Source: Psammoneis japonica
Taxonomy: Eukaryota
Assembly: GCA_008632985.1 (NCBI GenBank)
Contig: QPGO01000201.1
Coordinates: 1-64,000, forward strand
Length of the DNA: 64,000 nucleotides
Direction: 5' to 3'
Shown: in pieces, positions 48,048 through 59,758 of the stretch
How the letters are laid out: every line of letters begins with the position of its first letter
Numbering within the stretch: position 1 is the first letter of the stretch
Program-made: the position numbers and the translations under genes
Notes under the pieces: model-generated
Told to the model about the DNA's origin: nothing
Seen by the model: only the letters and a program-made list of their open reading frames with translations
The model's database searches: none

Positions 48048-50187
48048 TCAACCATCTTGAGACAATTCTTCATAACCGTCACGTCTTGACCATTTGCCTA
48101 GTCCAATCTCTTCCGATGGAAGAGGTGTCCACTTATCCATTCGCCGTCTCAATCGTGTGGCTGCCAACAAGAGAAGGAACAATGCTCCGAGTCCTACAAG
48201 CAAAGTCACGGGCGCCACAGAAGGAAGTACGAAACCCACGTCAGTAATCTTGTCGGGTACATCATACATGATTGGATCGTACCCATCATGAGCTAGACAA
48301 TGAGGCCCCGCCCACCCATCAAGACATTCACAAACGCGACCTTGGGTGCAACGGCCTCGCTGCAATCCACCGCATGCGTCGCGTACGTCACCAACTGCAG
48401 TAGGGTTGCATATTCCACGACCACGTTGAATGCCTTTTAATGGAAATAGCTACAGCAGAAGAAAAGGGTATTAGCAAAGCACCACTGTCAACAGATCTCC
48501 CGGTTGGTTTTACTTACATCACCCTCTTGCTTGTAAAGTTCTTGGTGCGCTTCAATATACTTTCGTGTGGGTCGTTCCGGTGTAGAGCATCCCACTTTTT
48601 GTCGTTTGTCATTTGGATCTTGATAGACACGAATCCAATCCAGTTTGAACGTGGGGGGCTCTTCTTCTTTCATCATGTCACAAAAGCCTTCCGAAAAGCC
48701 GCACAGGTCCTTCCACTGTTTGGAGTTGCAATTGTATGACTTGCAGGGGCAAACGCCAGGGCATGTTTTTGGGAAGCCTGTTTATAGTTTGAAGAGCATA
48801 TTGTCAGGCGCGGAAATGAACAGACCAAAAGAAACGTTGAAATCCTCACTCACCCCATTGCGACGACACTGCAGTATTTAAAATAATGGACGATGGTTCT
48901 GACGATATCTCTACACCCACACTTGAATTCGAAATCTCATCTCCATCCATGTTGAGAACCATTTCTCCATCTAGATACCAGCGCAAGTAGCCTCCTCGCT
49001 TCTTTGTCGGAATATCCCACTCTAATCGATATATATGTGGCTTTTCAAAGTGCGTAGGATCCAGTTGTCGATTGAAACTTATGGCGTCACTCCAATAATC
49101 TTGTCTTGCTGGATCATAATCTCCTCGAAAGTGGTTGTAATTTCCATAAAACAAAATATTCAATGCAGTCCGATTCCCTCCCGTCAATCCCTTGTACCAC
49201 TGACCCGGTCCAGGCCAAAACCCGGGTCCAGGACGATTGGCGGGTCTCCCGGGTGCGACTTGAAACGATGCACTCATAAAGGGCTGTCCGACGGGTAATT
49301 CCAAAAAGGGCCCATTGTTGGCTTTAATGTTGCCTGGTTGTACTTCAAAGATATCGATTTCCGGTGCTCCACGACCGACGCCACGCTCCAATCCAAAGTG
49401 CATGATTCGTCGACAAGCATTCAAGAGTTGCGAATCGGCAGACTTGGAGGTACATTGGGTTGCGCTCCAGGGCCACACATGTTCCGACGAGCCCACATAG
49501 GTGTGCCTTGCCAGTTCCCCAAAATCCAAAAGGCCGGCCACAAGCCACCGATATTGTATTTTCCAGGCAATGTCACTTTGGCTTCAATGATTCCACCCGT
49601 AAAACAAAACTTGTTCCACGATTGCAACATGGCGGATCGAAAGTGTTTCACGACATGAGTCCGTTCTCGCCTCACGTCATCATACCCAATCACATCTGTA
49701 TCGGCCGCTTCCGTGACAATCTCCAATTCACCCTGTTCATTGGTACGCACATTTTGCGGACTGTAATAATGCAATGCGTCATTGGTATAATCGTTCTTGT
49801 TGAGAGCCGTCCATCGAGGATCCGTCCCGTCGTCAAAGGACCGATGCGGGGTGTTGAATTCATCCGAAAATACCAACTTGAATGGTGACTGCGTCTCGGT
49901 AGGTGCAAAGGTGGGAGAAGCAGATGGAGCATATGTCGGTGCGGGTGACGACGTTCTATTGTCTCCTTCGCTCTTCTTTTCGGGGGATGATAAACTTCAT
50001 CGTGAGGAGGTAACGAGTATGTTTCGTAAAACTCTTTTGGTGTCTCGGGATCAATCCAATCTGCAACTGTTGAGTATACTGCAAGAAAATAAAATACCAA
50101 TACAGATAAACGTGTATTTCCTCGGGATTTCAGCTTTGTACTTTGACATCTCTGGTCCTTGATGGGTCCATTCTTACGACGTGTCAA
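48048..50187 (-). CDS. KRE6/SKN1-like GH16 beta-1,6-transglycosylase (diatom TGS-like) with EGF-like and C-terminal TM segments
   Basis: WIDPETP, LVFSDEFN, SAMLQSWNKFCFTGG, GLWPAFW, GRGAPEIDIFE, IILNTAVS, DWIRVYQ, CECLDGWAGPHC and a TM segment. Introns near 48780-48853 and 48451-48513. Start uncertain (ATG at 50149 possible). Confidence 0.92.
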
Positions 50188-50421
50188 GAATCACGAAAAA
50201 AGGCGTCTGAAAGTCGATCACGTCGTTCCTTTCTCGTCGAATCCAGTTCTTCCTTTTCAGTTATTGGATGAGATCGTGAGACATCCGCCTCTCAAGCCAG
50301 TCTTTATAACAAAGAAAGAATGAAGCAATCTCCGAGCCACAGGAGCAACAGCAACAATAATAACACCACTCCCTCCGGACCCATGACATCGCGAAATCGC
50401 GAAACATCGAAAAATCGTCGA

Positions 50422-50429
50422 TGACGTCA
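50422..50429. promoter_or_regulatory. TGACGTCA palindrome in the divergent KRE6-like/methyltransferase promoter
   Basis: Exact 8-mer in a short divergent intergenic region. Confidence 0.35.
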
Positions 50430-50563
50430 CTAGCCTAGCGGTTCGCGCGCGCGAATTCCAACCGCATTGCGCGCGACAAAATGGCGGGAAACGCAAACCA
50501 CACAACATCACCGCGCATCATCAGCATTTTTGTTCTTTTGCATGTACTTTAATAAACATCACC

Positions 50564-51646
50564 ATGACGGTCTCGTCGCCATGCATATGGCGAATACTGT
50601 TGGTATTGATTGGTTTGTTTGGAAAAAATGAGACAGTCACTGCATTTTCAGGATCCTACTACGTTCATCAACGACCATGGAGATCATCATTGATCTTGTT
50701 GCAAGCTCGTCGTGGTGCCATGGGTAAAACGAGAAAAAAGAAAACAGGAGGATTCGGCTCTCAACAAGAACAAGAAGAAGCAAAAGAAGAAGAAATCAAA
50801 GAGGGCAGTATTTACTCATTGCCCGCACTGTACGACTTGGCTTTTGGATACCGTAATTTCAATGCCGAAGTTGATTTTCTGTTGTATGCACACAAGACGC
50901 ATGCTGGTTCCGGTTCCTACCCAAAACGGATATTGGAATTGGCAGCAGGACCTGCAAGACATTCGATTGCAGCGCTTGTCGATCGAAAACATCCCGTAGA
51001 TTATGTTTTGGCGGTTGACATTTCGGATGAAATGGTAAACTACGGCACAAAAGAGGTGGCTGACGTTGAACTTCCAGTCGACAAGCGACCCATGTTTGAG
51101 TATATCAAGGGCGATGTACGTGAACCGATTCAAACCAAAGAGCAGTATGATTCAGCTTGGATCTTGTTGGGTTCCATGCAGCACCTTGTCACAAACCAAG
51201 ATGTCATATCGTGCTTTCAATCGGCTCATGATGCACTCGGCGACGGAGGATCGTTGATTGTCGAGTTGCCGCATCCACGAGAGACCTTCTCCATGGTGGA
51301 ATGCACTCGAAATGGTTGGGAAGTGCCCTTGGAAGATGATTCGGGTGATTCATTTGGGGAATTGAAAATCATTTGGGGTGATGACGATGATTACTTTGAT
51401 CCGATCCGACAAGTGCGGAACTTTACTGTATCCTTACAACTGGAAGGCGTCGCGGAGCAGGAGGAACTACAAAGTGTCAAGGAAGTGGTACCCATGAGGA
51501 TGTTTACAGCACAAGAAATGGATGCTCTTGCTCGTTGCAGTGGCTTTCGTGTTGCTGCAATGTATGGTGCACTCGATCGAGATGTACAAGTCAATGACGA
51601 CGACGACGCCTTCCGGCTCGTATGTGTGCTTTGCAAAGGAAGCTGA
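50564..51646 (+). CDS. Class I SAM-dependent methyltransferase, probably plastid-targeted
   Basis: Signal peptide followed by VTA-FSG. Motifs LYDLAFGYR, ILELAAGPARH, AVDIS, GDVR, LGDGGSLIVE. Confidence 0.9.
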   Translation: MTVSSPCIWRILLVLIGLFGKNETVTAFSGSYYVHQRPWRSSLILLQARRGAMGKTRKKKTGGFGSQQEQEEAKEEEIKEGSIYSLPALYDLAFGYRNFNAEVDFLLYAHKTHAGSGSYPKRILELAAGPARHSIAALVDRKHPVDYVLAVDISDEMVNYGTKEVADVELPVDKRPMFEYIKGDVREPIQTKEQYDSAWILLGSMQHLVTNQDVISCFQSAHDALGDGGSLIVELPHPRETFSMVECTRNGWEVPLEDDSGDSFGELKIIWGDDDDYFDPIRQVRNFTVSLQLEGVAEQEELQSVKEVVPMRMFTAQEMDALARCSGFRVAAMYGALDRDVQVNDDDDAFRLVCVLCKGS

Positions 51647-51736
51647 TACAAACCAACTTGGATAAATATTTATCTTTCTAGAGACCGGGTTAAAGAGACG
51701 CAATTGAAATAGAACTCAACAAATACAGAATGTGCA

Positions 51737-52580
51737 TTACGGACCATCATCGCTGGTTTTCGCCCTTTTTGGATCTTGCACCATGAGTTCGTGCGATGCT
51801 GGCAATGCAATCATACTAGGCACCTCATTCTTCGAGCTCGAACCACCAGTTTCGTCCTCCTTTTTCGCAGGAGAAAGTGTGAAAGAAGGACTACTACTCT
51901 TTGCTTCGTCTTGAGGAACTTTCTTGGTTTTCCGTTTCCTCTTTCTGGCGTCTCTGGAGATAGAGGAGTTTCTTGGATGATTCACTCTGTTGCGATGCAG
52001 CTGCAGAACTCTTGTCAGAGCCTTGTCCGGTAGTATTCCGCATATGGATACGCTTGAGTAGGTGTTCGCGAAGATGAAGCGGAATCGAGGAACGGGGAGG
52101 AATGGAACTGGATAAAAGAGCTTGCGAAACGATAGAGTTGTTGGCGATGCATGCTTGGAGTGCAGCGCTGGTTGTCAATGGCAGCAAATCGGTTGCCACA
52201 GTCGGAACTGCAAGTGGGAACGACGATATGGTAGGTTGAAGCTGATGAGGTAAGAGACTCTGGTACGCATGATGAGTAGCCAAGGTGGTCGTGCTTGGAA
52301 TGATGGTGGGAGTAGCAGCAAGTGTCGCTCGTCGTTTGTGATTTCGTACGCTTAGATTTCCTCCAAGCAGCTGTGGAGAACTTGTCAGAGCGAGATCACG
52401 TGAGGGGTAACCGACTCCTGCAGCTCTTGAGGCATAGAAGGGAGATGGCATGACTGGGGTTGTCGTGGTGCACAACAAGTCACTCGCACCCCGTTCTCTA
52501 CGCAGAGGTGACACTTTGCTCTGGAAGTTTCTTTCGTCAATAGAAGCTTCGTCAGAGCTACTATTTGACATCTCTTGCAT
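51737..52580 (-). CDS. Hypothetical Ser/Pro/Thr-rich protein with basic C-terminus
   Basis: ORFs 51894-52706 and 51737-51985 overlap and probably join by a frameshift. No domain recognised. Confidence 0.45.
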
Positions 52581-53490
52581 TCCTCGTTTGCTTTTATCTT
52601 TCCGGTTTCGCTTAGAAGGGTTTGCAACTAGTGGATTGTAAGGCGATTCGTTGCGAATAAACAAAACGATCGTGCGAACAGGTTCAAGGTTGAACGCAAA
52701 GAACAAGTGGCGGGCTTCGCTTCCGTAAGTGAAGCATGACAGCGCTGACGTGGATTAACTGTTTGCTACGTAAATGATGTTGAACATGGAAAGGTATTGT
52801 TCCTTCTTGCGCGACAATTCAATATCCGGCAGTTTGTCCGTCGCCCATGATGTAGGGCGTAGGGCAGGCTGCGATAGCATGCCATTATCATACCATACAA
52901 GTACCGGTAGCTAATGATAGCTCTACCGGTGGAGAGTAGAATGCACATGTTGTCTAGTAAAAAACGCTTAAGTTAGATACTCGGTAGAGAGTACTTCTAA
53001 GATAGCACACGACTTCATACCACTATACGTGAAAATTCAAATCAAAGTTTTTAAATTACAACGTTACCTTCCGTTCTCTCTGGAGTCAATCACCTTGAAC
53101 GGCACTTGGCGAATGGTGCACATCGCACAAAATGCATTACACTAGTTGGTATAAAAATAAAATGACGTGAAATGTTACTTCAGTCGATCGAATAGAGTGA
53201 GTAGGGAGCTTATTTGGTGTAACAGTATCATCATAGTTGTAGATCAAAATTGAACTGCCTGAGACTGTAATTGCTATTCGTAGGTCAGACGCACGTTTGT
53301 CGCAAACAGACTTGTCAAATGAATCATGGCGCTCTACTATCGTTTCTTATATTCATGTTATTGAGGTGTAGGCAAATTCGTTCGTTGTAGCGCAGAGTGA
53401 TTATTTTGGCTCGTGTATTTGATGCGGTTGTTGTCGTAGCGCTGAATCACTTTTCAGAGTATGGTCGAGATTAGACATTTCACCACCTGA

Positions 53491-54459
53491 TTAGAACCAC
53501 TCTTGCTCACTTCGTATATTGATTGCAAGATATCCTTGTGAGGTGCGAATGATACGCATGGAATCATCCAAATAGAGAATTTCAAACTGGCCAAACGGTG
53601 CGCTCAAAGGACCTTTCCATTCCACAGGCTTGGTTTCCAATATTCCAACCGGTAGTCCGTCATTGCGAATAGCATCCATCATGGCATTGCCACTTTCACG
53701 AATAGCATCAAACATAGAATTTCCTGTACTAGTAGTACTCTCTGCAGTTTTCGTGTTGGAGGACGTTTCCTCGTCTGCCTTTCCCACCAAATTGAGTCCA
53801 ACCAATTTGAGATTCACCTTGGTGGGATCTTCGGGAGTCGACACTCCTTCTGTACAAACCTTTTGAAGCACTCGAGACTTGTCTGTACCGCTAAGGGGGA
53901 AACTCGCTGCCCAATCAGGACGACGCCATTCAATCACATTGTTAATCTGCGGCGGATTGCATTCTTGTCCAATGCGTCCCAACTTGGCGGACGCAAGAGG
54001 TCCACCAAAGTCAAGAGACGTGATATCAGGTGCATCTGTGTAAACAAGAGTCCACTTTCCTTCCAGAGTCGGACCCGATGGTTCCTTTGGTACCGTTTCG
54101 TAGTATGCGGACGCTGGCTCTTCAGTAGTCATGTATGGAGACAATTCCTTGACGAGTTTCTTGACACGGTCTCGATCATCAGCTGACGCTTCGAAACCCC
54201 GCTTGGTCGAGTCAGCAATGTCTAGAATCTCTTGCTTCAGACGAGCGGCTTGAGGGTCTACGTCGTGGACCGGAAGAGCAACGTGTTCTTCTTCCTGATC
54301 TTCGCTGGTGTCACTCGGGAATTCATTTGTATACCGTAAACGAGTGCCTGAAGCAGGAGAAAAAGAGAAACTCGATGAAACCAAGGGAGCGGGAAGAACA
54401 GCAAACCCAGCTGTTGACAGAGGCAGAGAAAGGTACAAGAAACTGGAAATGATCTTCAT
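53491..54459 (-). CDS. PAP/fibrillin family plastid lipid-associated protein
   Basis: Bipartite presequence (STAG-FAV), LKQEIL...TKRGF, LEGKWTLVYT, GQFEILYLDDSMRIIRT. Confidence 0.92.
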   Translation of the reverse strand: MKIISSFLYLSLPLSTAGFAVLPAPLVSSSFSFSPASGTRLRYTNEFPSDTSEDQEEEHVALPVHDVDPQAARLKQEILDIADSTKRGFEASADDRDRVKKLVKELSPYMTTEEPASAYYETVPKEPSGPTLEGKWTLVYTDAPDITSLDFGGPLASAKLGRIGQECNPPQINNVIEWRRPDWAASFPLSGTDKSRVLQKVCTEGVSTPEDPTKVNLKLVGLNLVGKADEETSSNTKTAESTTSTGNSMFDAIRESGNAMMDAIRNDGLPVGILETKPVEWKGPLSAPFGQFEILYLDDSMRIIRTSQGYLAINIRSEQEWF

Positions 54460-57400
54460 AGTGCTAGTAGCAATGCATCAAGACGATGGAGGATGGATAG
54501 AGAAGTGAGAATGCTAAAAAGAGCCCCAATGCCATGCAGAACGTGTCATCGGTGCGAACACCTCACTGCTGCCTGCAGAAAATCAATCTTCGAAAGATTT
54601 CCCGCCATTTTTTGACACCTGCCACGTCAGCAGTCATTACAACATCGCGGCTGCACTTAGACATAAATTCTATTGCCCTCCAAATGTCTTTGAAACAACG
54701 TAACTCTGGATTTGTCTCCGCCGCTGTCAAACCTGCCAACAAGATCACAGCAGTGTCAACCATGAGCTTCCCTCTCAAAATGCATTGCAACGACAGCTTC
54801 ATGTGCATTTGATGCTTTTGATCATCACTTGGAAAAAAGTTGTTTGCACTTCGCCCTGCCAAACACACAGCAGCCACAGAGGGCAAACAGCTTGTGATGT
54901 TGAGTCGAGTTGATGGCTCTGACAATGGATCAATGTGAGCACGTGAAAAGATCTTGCACAGACAGGCCCCAATGCAATGTGGCTTGAGCATCAATTTTGC
55001 AGAATCAGTGGAGAGAGTGAGGAGCGAGGTGTGGATGACGATGGCGGGAGACCGCACCTGGCAGAGAGTCTCTGCACCTCCATGCTGCCCAGCTGAGGTG
55101 CAAAACGTCATTCCATGGAAATCAGACAATGCACGGTGGAGGACAAGAGAAAACTGCTGACAATCATCAAACCAAAACCTCTTTTTCTCACTTGCTGCTC
55201 CTGCCATCTGTGTGGTTTCTTGCTCAGCAAAAAAATGACAAGATGACGCAGCTGCAGCTGGCTCCTGGAGGTGCCAGACAAACCAGCTCCAGCTGGAAAC
55301 CCACAGAGTTGAGATCCCCACCCAGACAGAGTGCAATGGCAGTCAGCTGGAAAAGAAGCTTGCCACAGCTCCATGCTCCATTCCTTGTGGGGCTCAGCTG
55401 TTGTGCCCGCTGTGTGCAGCGTTTTTCCTTTTCTCAAGCAAAGGGACTCAGACAAGCCCATGACTCATTTGGAAAGGACAGTCTGTGCTCTGAAGCTTGT
55501 GAGGTTGTCTTGCCACAGCTCTGTGCAAGTGAGGCAAGCCCCCTGCAGTGTGTGGCAGCTTGGCTCCAACAAGTTGGTGAGTCAAATGGCCCTGTGTGAC
55601 ATGAGCAGCACCTTGCCCGCAATCTGCTCTCTCAGAGCTTTTTTTTGCCCATTTGATGATCTTTGTTGCCCAACAACAAATGCAAAGAGGAGCTTCTCAT
55701 GTTTTTTGCTGTGAAATGTCCTCGCAAGAAGATTGCCATGGGTGGACAATTGAAGCTCTCTTGGTCGCTGATGGGGGAAACAGAAAGAGGTGCAGCGTGT
55801 TGCCGCCATGAAGAGAAAGAAATGTGAATCCTTTGGTGCTTGAATCAAGGGATGGTTGAGGGGTTTTGACATGTCAAAAAAGCTGGAGGCACCGCTGTTG
55901 CTCAGGTGATGGTTGGGAGAGGAGAGTGCGTCATTGTCAAGGCCAAAATGGAAAAGAAAAGAAAAGAAGAACAACAGGGGTGCCTTTGAAAATGTCAGGG
56001 AAGAGCACGCTGGTTGTTGCTGTTGTCAGACATCCAACCAGGACAGAGCATTTGCAAGAGGGGTGTGCCGTTGTTGTTGGCAGATGTCAGATGGGAGGGC
56101 AGCAAGCTTGTGAGGTGTGCAGCGCGGAAAAAAGGACAGATTTGGCAGAAACAGAGCAAAACAACTGGGAGAGAGCTTGCAAATGGAAGGAATGCACAGG
56201 TGACTTAAATTGAGCAAAAAAGATTCAATTGGTTGTGACTTGAAAACTGTCAAGAAACAAAATTGACATCCACGTAAATTGAAGATCTGTGGAAATCATC
56301 AGCACAAATGTGAAAATTCTTTTAATTGTTGATGAGCAATGCTCTGTGGTTGAGCATGGAAACATGTTGCAGATGTTTGGCAAATTTTTGCCAAGGTGTG
56401 CCAGTGGCACCTGACCATTGGTCCACAAAGAACATGGCTGAAGGTGCATTTTCAAAGCACCGCCTGTTCAGCTGAGCACACAAGAAACTTCTTCATGACA
56501 GCTGCTTTGCAAGTGCACAGATTTTTCACATTTTGTTGGCTGTTTTTTGGAGTTGATTTGAAAAACAAGGTCAGCTCCTCCTGCGGCTGGTGTGCTGCAG
56601 CAGATTTTAGAGGACAAGACACTTGGGTCATTTTGGACAAATCACTTGTGTGCTGCAAGCAAGTGCCTCTGAAGCAGGAGAAAAAGAGCAACTCAATGAA
56701 GCCAAAGGAGCAGGAAGAACAGCAAACCCAGTTGTTGACAGAGGCAGAGAAAGGTGATTGAAACTGGAAATGATCTTCATGGTGCCAGCAGCACAACAGC
56801 CGATGTCACATTGTGTCATTGGTGTGAACAGCTCACTCATTTGAAAGATTCCCCCCACCATTTTTTGACACACCTGCCACATCAGCAGTCATTGCAATGT
56901 TGCACACCTGAACTTAGACACTGGCCCCACTGTCCCAATGTCTTTGACACAAATGACGCAATTTGTCTCCGCCCCTGTCAGACACATGCTGGCAGAACAC
57001 CGCTGCCACCAACCACAAGCTTTCCTTGCCAAACACATTGCAGCAAGAGCTGTTTTTGTTTCAAATGCAAATGCCACAACCTCCCTGTGCCACAGCGACC
57101 AATTGCTGTGGCTTTGTTGCTTTTGATCTTCTGCAAAAAATGAAGAACAACAGTGGCTGGCAAGTCCATCCGAGGCACTGGGTCAAGCAGCTCTTGCTGC
57201 TGGCAGATCGGCGCCAGCATGTGAAAGGATGACAGACATGTTGGTGCCAGCACAAAATGCCTTGCATGATGCTGATTGTGTGGACTCAATGGAGAGCTGC
57301 TCTTTGTGGAGTTTTGAGGAGAGGAAATCTCCAAAAGCCCAAGAAGGGAGCCAGAAACAAGAAGACCGACACCGAAAAGCCCCCCCCCCCCCCCCCCCAC

Positions 57401-58320
57401 CTTTGCATGGCCTGACCAAGATGCAAAATGTTGCTCAAAGAAAAGTGCACACTGCACAGTGCTGGAGGACAAAAGGAAACTGCCGGCACTCTTTGAAAAA
57501 AAACGACAAACCATTTTTCTCTGTGCAAGAGAAGAGCTGCACACCAGCCCTTCTTGGTGCAGTGCTGCACAGGATGGCTCAATGCAAAATGGTGGTTTGT
57601 TGACCAGCTAGACATGCCAGTCAACAAGCTCCAGCTTTGAGCTAAAAAAACCCAGATCTGTTGGGCAGAGCATCCTTGGAGGAACATCGCCTCTCTGGAC
57701 TCTTCTGGCATCACAACTTCTTCGGAGCTGTGCCCACTTGTTGCTGCCTGAGAGTCAACAAAGTGGTGTGCTGGTGCATGCCTTCAACATGACTCATCAC
57801 AGCTGCCTGACAGCATTGAAATTCTGTGATGTGCAGGAAAATCTCACATGGAGGCACACAGCTCAAAAGAGATGCTTGTCCCCACTCAGCAAGAGATGAG
57901 ATGGCTTGCCATCACAGCCAGGCGCAGGGGTGACGGCAACGAGGAATTGTTGGCATGCTGCAACTCTGTTTGTTCCATCCCTTGTGGGGTCCTTTCATCA
58001 ATGACAGCCCTGCCATGTTTCTTCTCTTGAGGAAAGCAACTCAGACAAATCCATGGCTGGTTTGGAAAGAGGACCTTTTGCACTCCAAAGCTTGCACACT
58101 GCAGTCATCTTGCCACAGCTATCTGTGCAAGACACTGCACACTGTGGTGTGTAGTGGCTTGATTCCAAGAAGTCAAGCCAAACAGCTTTTTATTGTGAGC
58201 AACATCTTGTCCAATTGTCTTGCAAAACAGACGACATTCTGCTTTTGGCCTTCTTCTCATGTTTTTCCCTTTTGTGGATCTTTGTTGCCCAATGACAAGT
58301 CCAAGAAGGGTATGACGACG
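54320..58320. repeat. Degenerate tandem segmental duplication (offset ~2.3 kb), including a dead copy of the fibrillin 5' end at ~56640-56780
   Basis: 54328-54472 aligns with 56647-56793; 54543-54662 with 56813-56920; ~55135 with ~57460; ~55658 with ~58277. The copy translates MKIISSFNHLSLPLSTTGFAVLPAPLAS. Confidence 0.85.
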
Positions 58321-58634
58321 CTGCAGACTCGCATTTGACACTTGATCTCTACAGCTCACCAACAATGCACTATGAACAACCACATTGATTTCTACGAGAA
58401 TAAACAATAGAGTCCATCTCAAGGACCACCAGCGTCACAGCCTTTGCTTGAACACTCGGACAGCAAAGCCAGCCGACGCTCTTGAATTCTTAGGCACAGG
58501 AACCGGTCAAAGCTACAACAGAAGCACAGTGGCTAGCATGATTCTATGCCTGGCTCCTCGTAGCTAGAGATGCAACTGTAAATGTCAATAAGAAGACGGA
58601 ACATGCGAACTATAATCCATTACTCCCAGGATTA

Positions 58635-59501
58635 TCACCTAGCTCCATCATCAGTTCCAAGAGACAGCATACCATGAGCATATTCTGGATGCAGTTCAAC
58701 GATACTGCCCGTCATGAGCGCGGATGCTTCTGACAAGAGAAAGCAAATGGTCGTTGCCACATCTTGCGGTCGTAAAATTCGCCCCAGCGGCACCGTTTCA
58801 TCGGCCTCTTGTAGCCAATTAGAATTGAGTTTGGACTGCAAACTGTTTTCATTCTCGGTAAAACACCACCCCATGTTGATACCATTGACGCGTATGCCAA
58901 AAGGCGCCAACTCTGCCGCGTTATTCTTGGTTAGACAAACCAGTGCAGCCTTGCTTGCCGAATATGCCATGACAAACGGTGCGCCACCATGAGCCGCCAC
59001 GCTACAAACATTGACAATTGCTCCCTTGACATTTGCCTCCTTCATGTGTTTTGCAGCAGCTTGGGTCATCAGAAACGGGGCTCGTACATTGACTGCCATT
59101 TGAAAATCGAACTCGTTTGCACTTGTCGTTTCAAGCGTACCGCGTCCTGTCGTTGCGGCGGCATTTACCACGCCGGTAATGGGACCAATGTGTTTTACCG
59201 CGAAAGCCGCCTTTTCAATAACCGAGGAGGCTTGATCCGATTGACTCAAATCTGCTTCTATCCAAAAAGAAGAAAACGTTTCAGAGGATAATTCACTACA
59301 GGCTGCTTCGCCTTTTTCTTGTGATCGAGAAACCAAAACAACCGCAGCGGCACCGAGCTCTTTCAGAAGCCGAGCCACTTGCAATCCCAAACCCTGAGTA
59401 CCACCCGTGATTACAAATATACGACCCGTGACACTTAGAGAAGGCTGTGAGAGGGGAGGGTTCAAGGCGGAACTGCCCGTTTTAGAAGCAAGGGACGCCA
59501 T
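58635..59501 (-). CDS. Short-chain dehydrogenase/reductase
   Basis: ITGGTQGLG, VNAAA, NVCS, YSASK, GIRVNGI, PLGR, MTGSIV. Confidence 0.95.
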   Translation of the reverse strand: MASLASKTGSSALNPPLSQPSLSVTGRIFVITGGTQGLGLQVARLLKELGAAAVVLVSRSQEKGEAACSELSSETFSSFWIEADLSQSDQASSVIEKAAFAVKHIGPITGVVNAAATTGRGTLETTSANEFDFQMAVNVRAPFLMTQAAAKHMKEANVKGAIVNVCSVAAHGGAPFVMAYSASKAALVCLTKNNAAELAPFGIRVNGINMGWCFTENENSLQSKLNSNWLQEADETVPLGRILRPQDVATTICFLLSEASALMTGSIVELHPEYAHGMLSLGTDDGAR

Positions 59502-59568
59502 GGCGTTGCGACATTCGGCGATTCCCGCATGGCGCGAGAATCCGCAAAGATTTTTTGATTGTAGCCAG

Positions 59569-59576
59569 TGACGTCA
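59569..59576. promoter_or_regulatory. TGACGTCA palindrome in the divergent SDR/PanK promoter
   Basis: Exact 8-mer in a ~260-bp divergent intergenic region. Confidence 0.35.
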
Positions 59577-59758
59577 CAGTACTGAGCCTCCGTACAATCC
59601 ACGCAAAGAAGAGATCATAACGAAACTATCTCGCGATGATGACACCCGAAAATTCCGCGTGTCATCGTACCATAGGCAGTTTATTCTGCAAAGAGAGACT
59701 TGATCTAGTCTTTGATCTATCTCTTCTCTCTCATCTGTTGCAGTCTCTTTCTGCATCA

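Noticed and set aside
38585..51646. Sulfatase, hydrolase, GH16 and methyltransferase as a polysaccharide gene cluster
   Set aside because: Interspersed with unrelated genes (DJ-1, STI1-like, Rtf1) and with different predicted compartments; no evidence of functional clustering.
57380..57398. Long poly-C run (G-quadruplex candidate on the minus strand)
   Set aside because: Isolated homopolymer in decayed DNA whose length is unreliable in this assembly.
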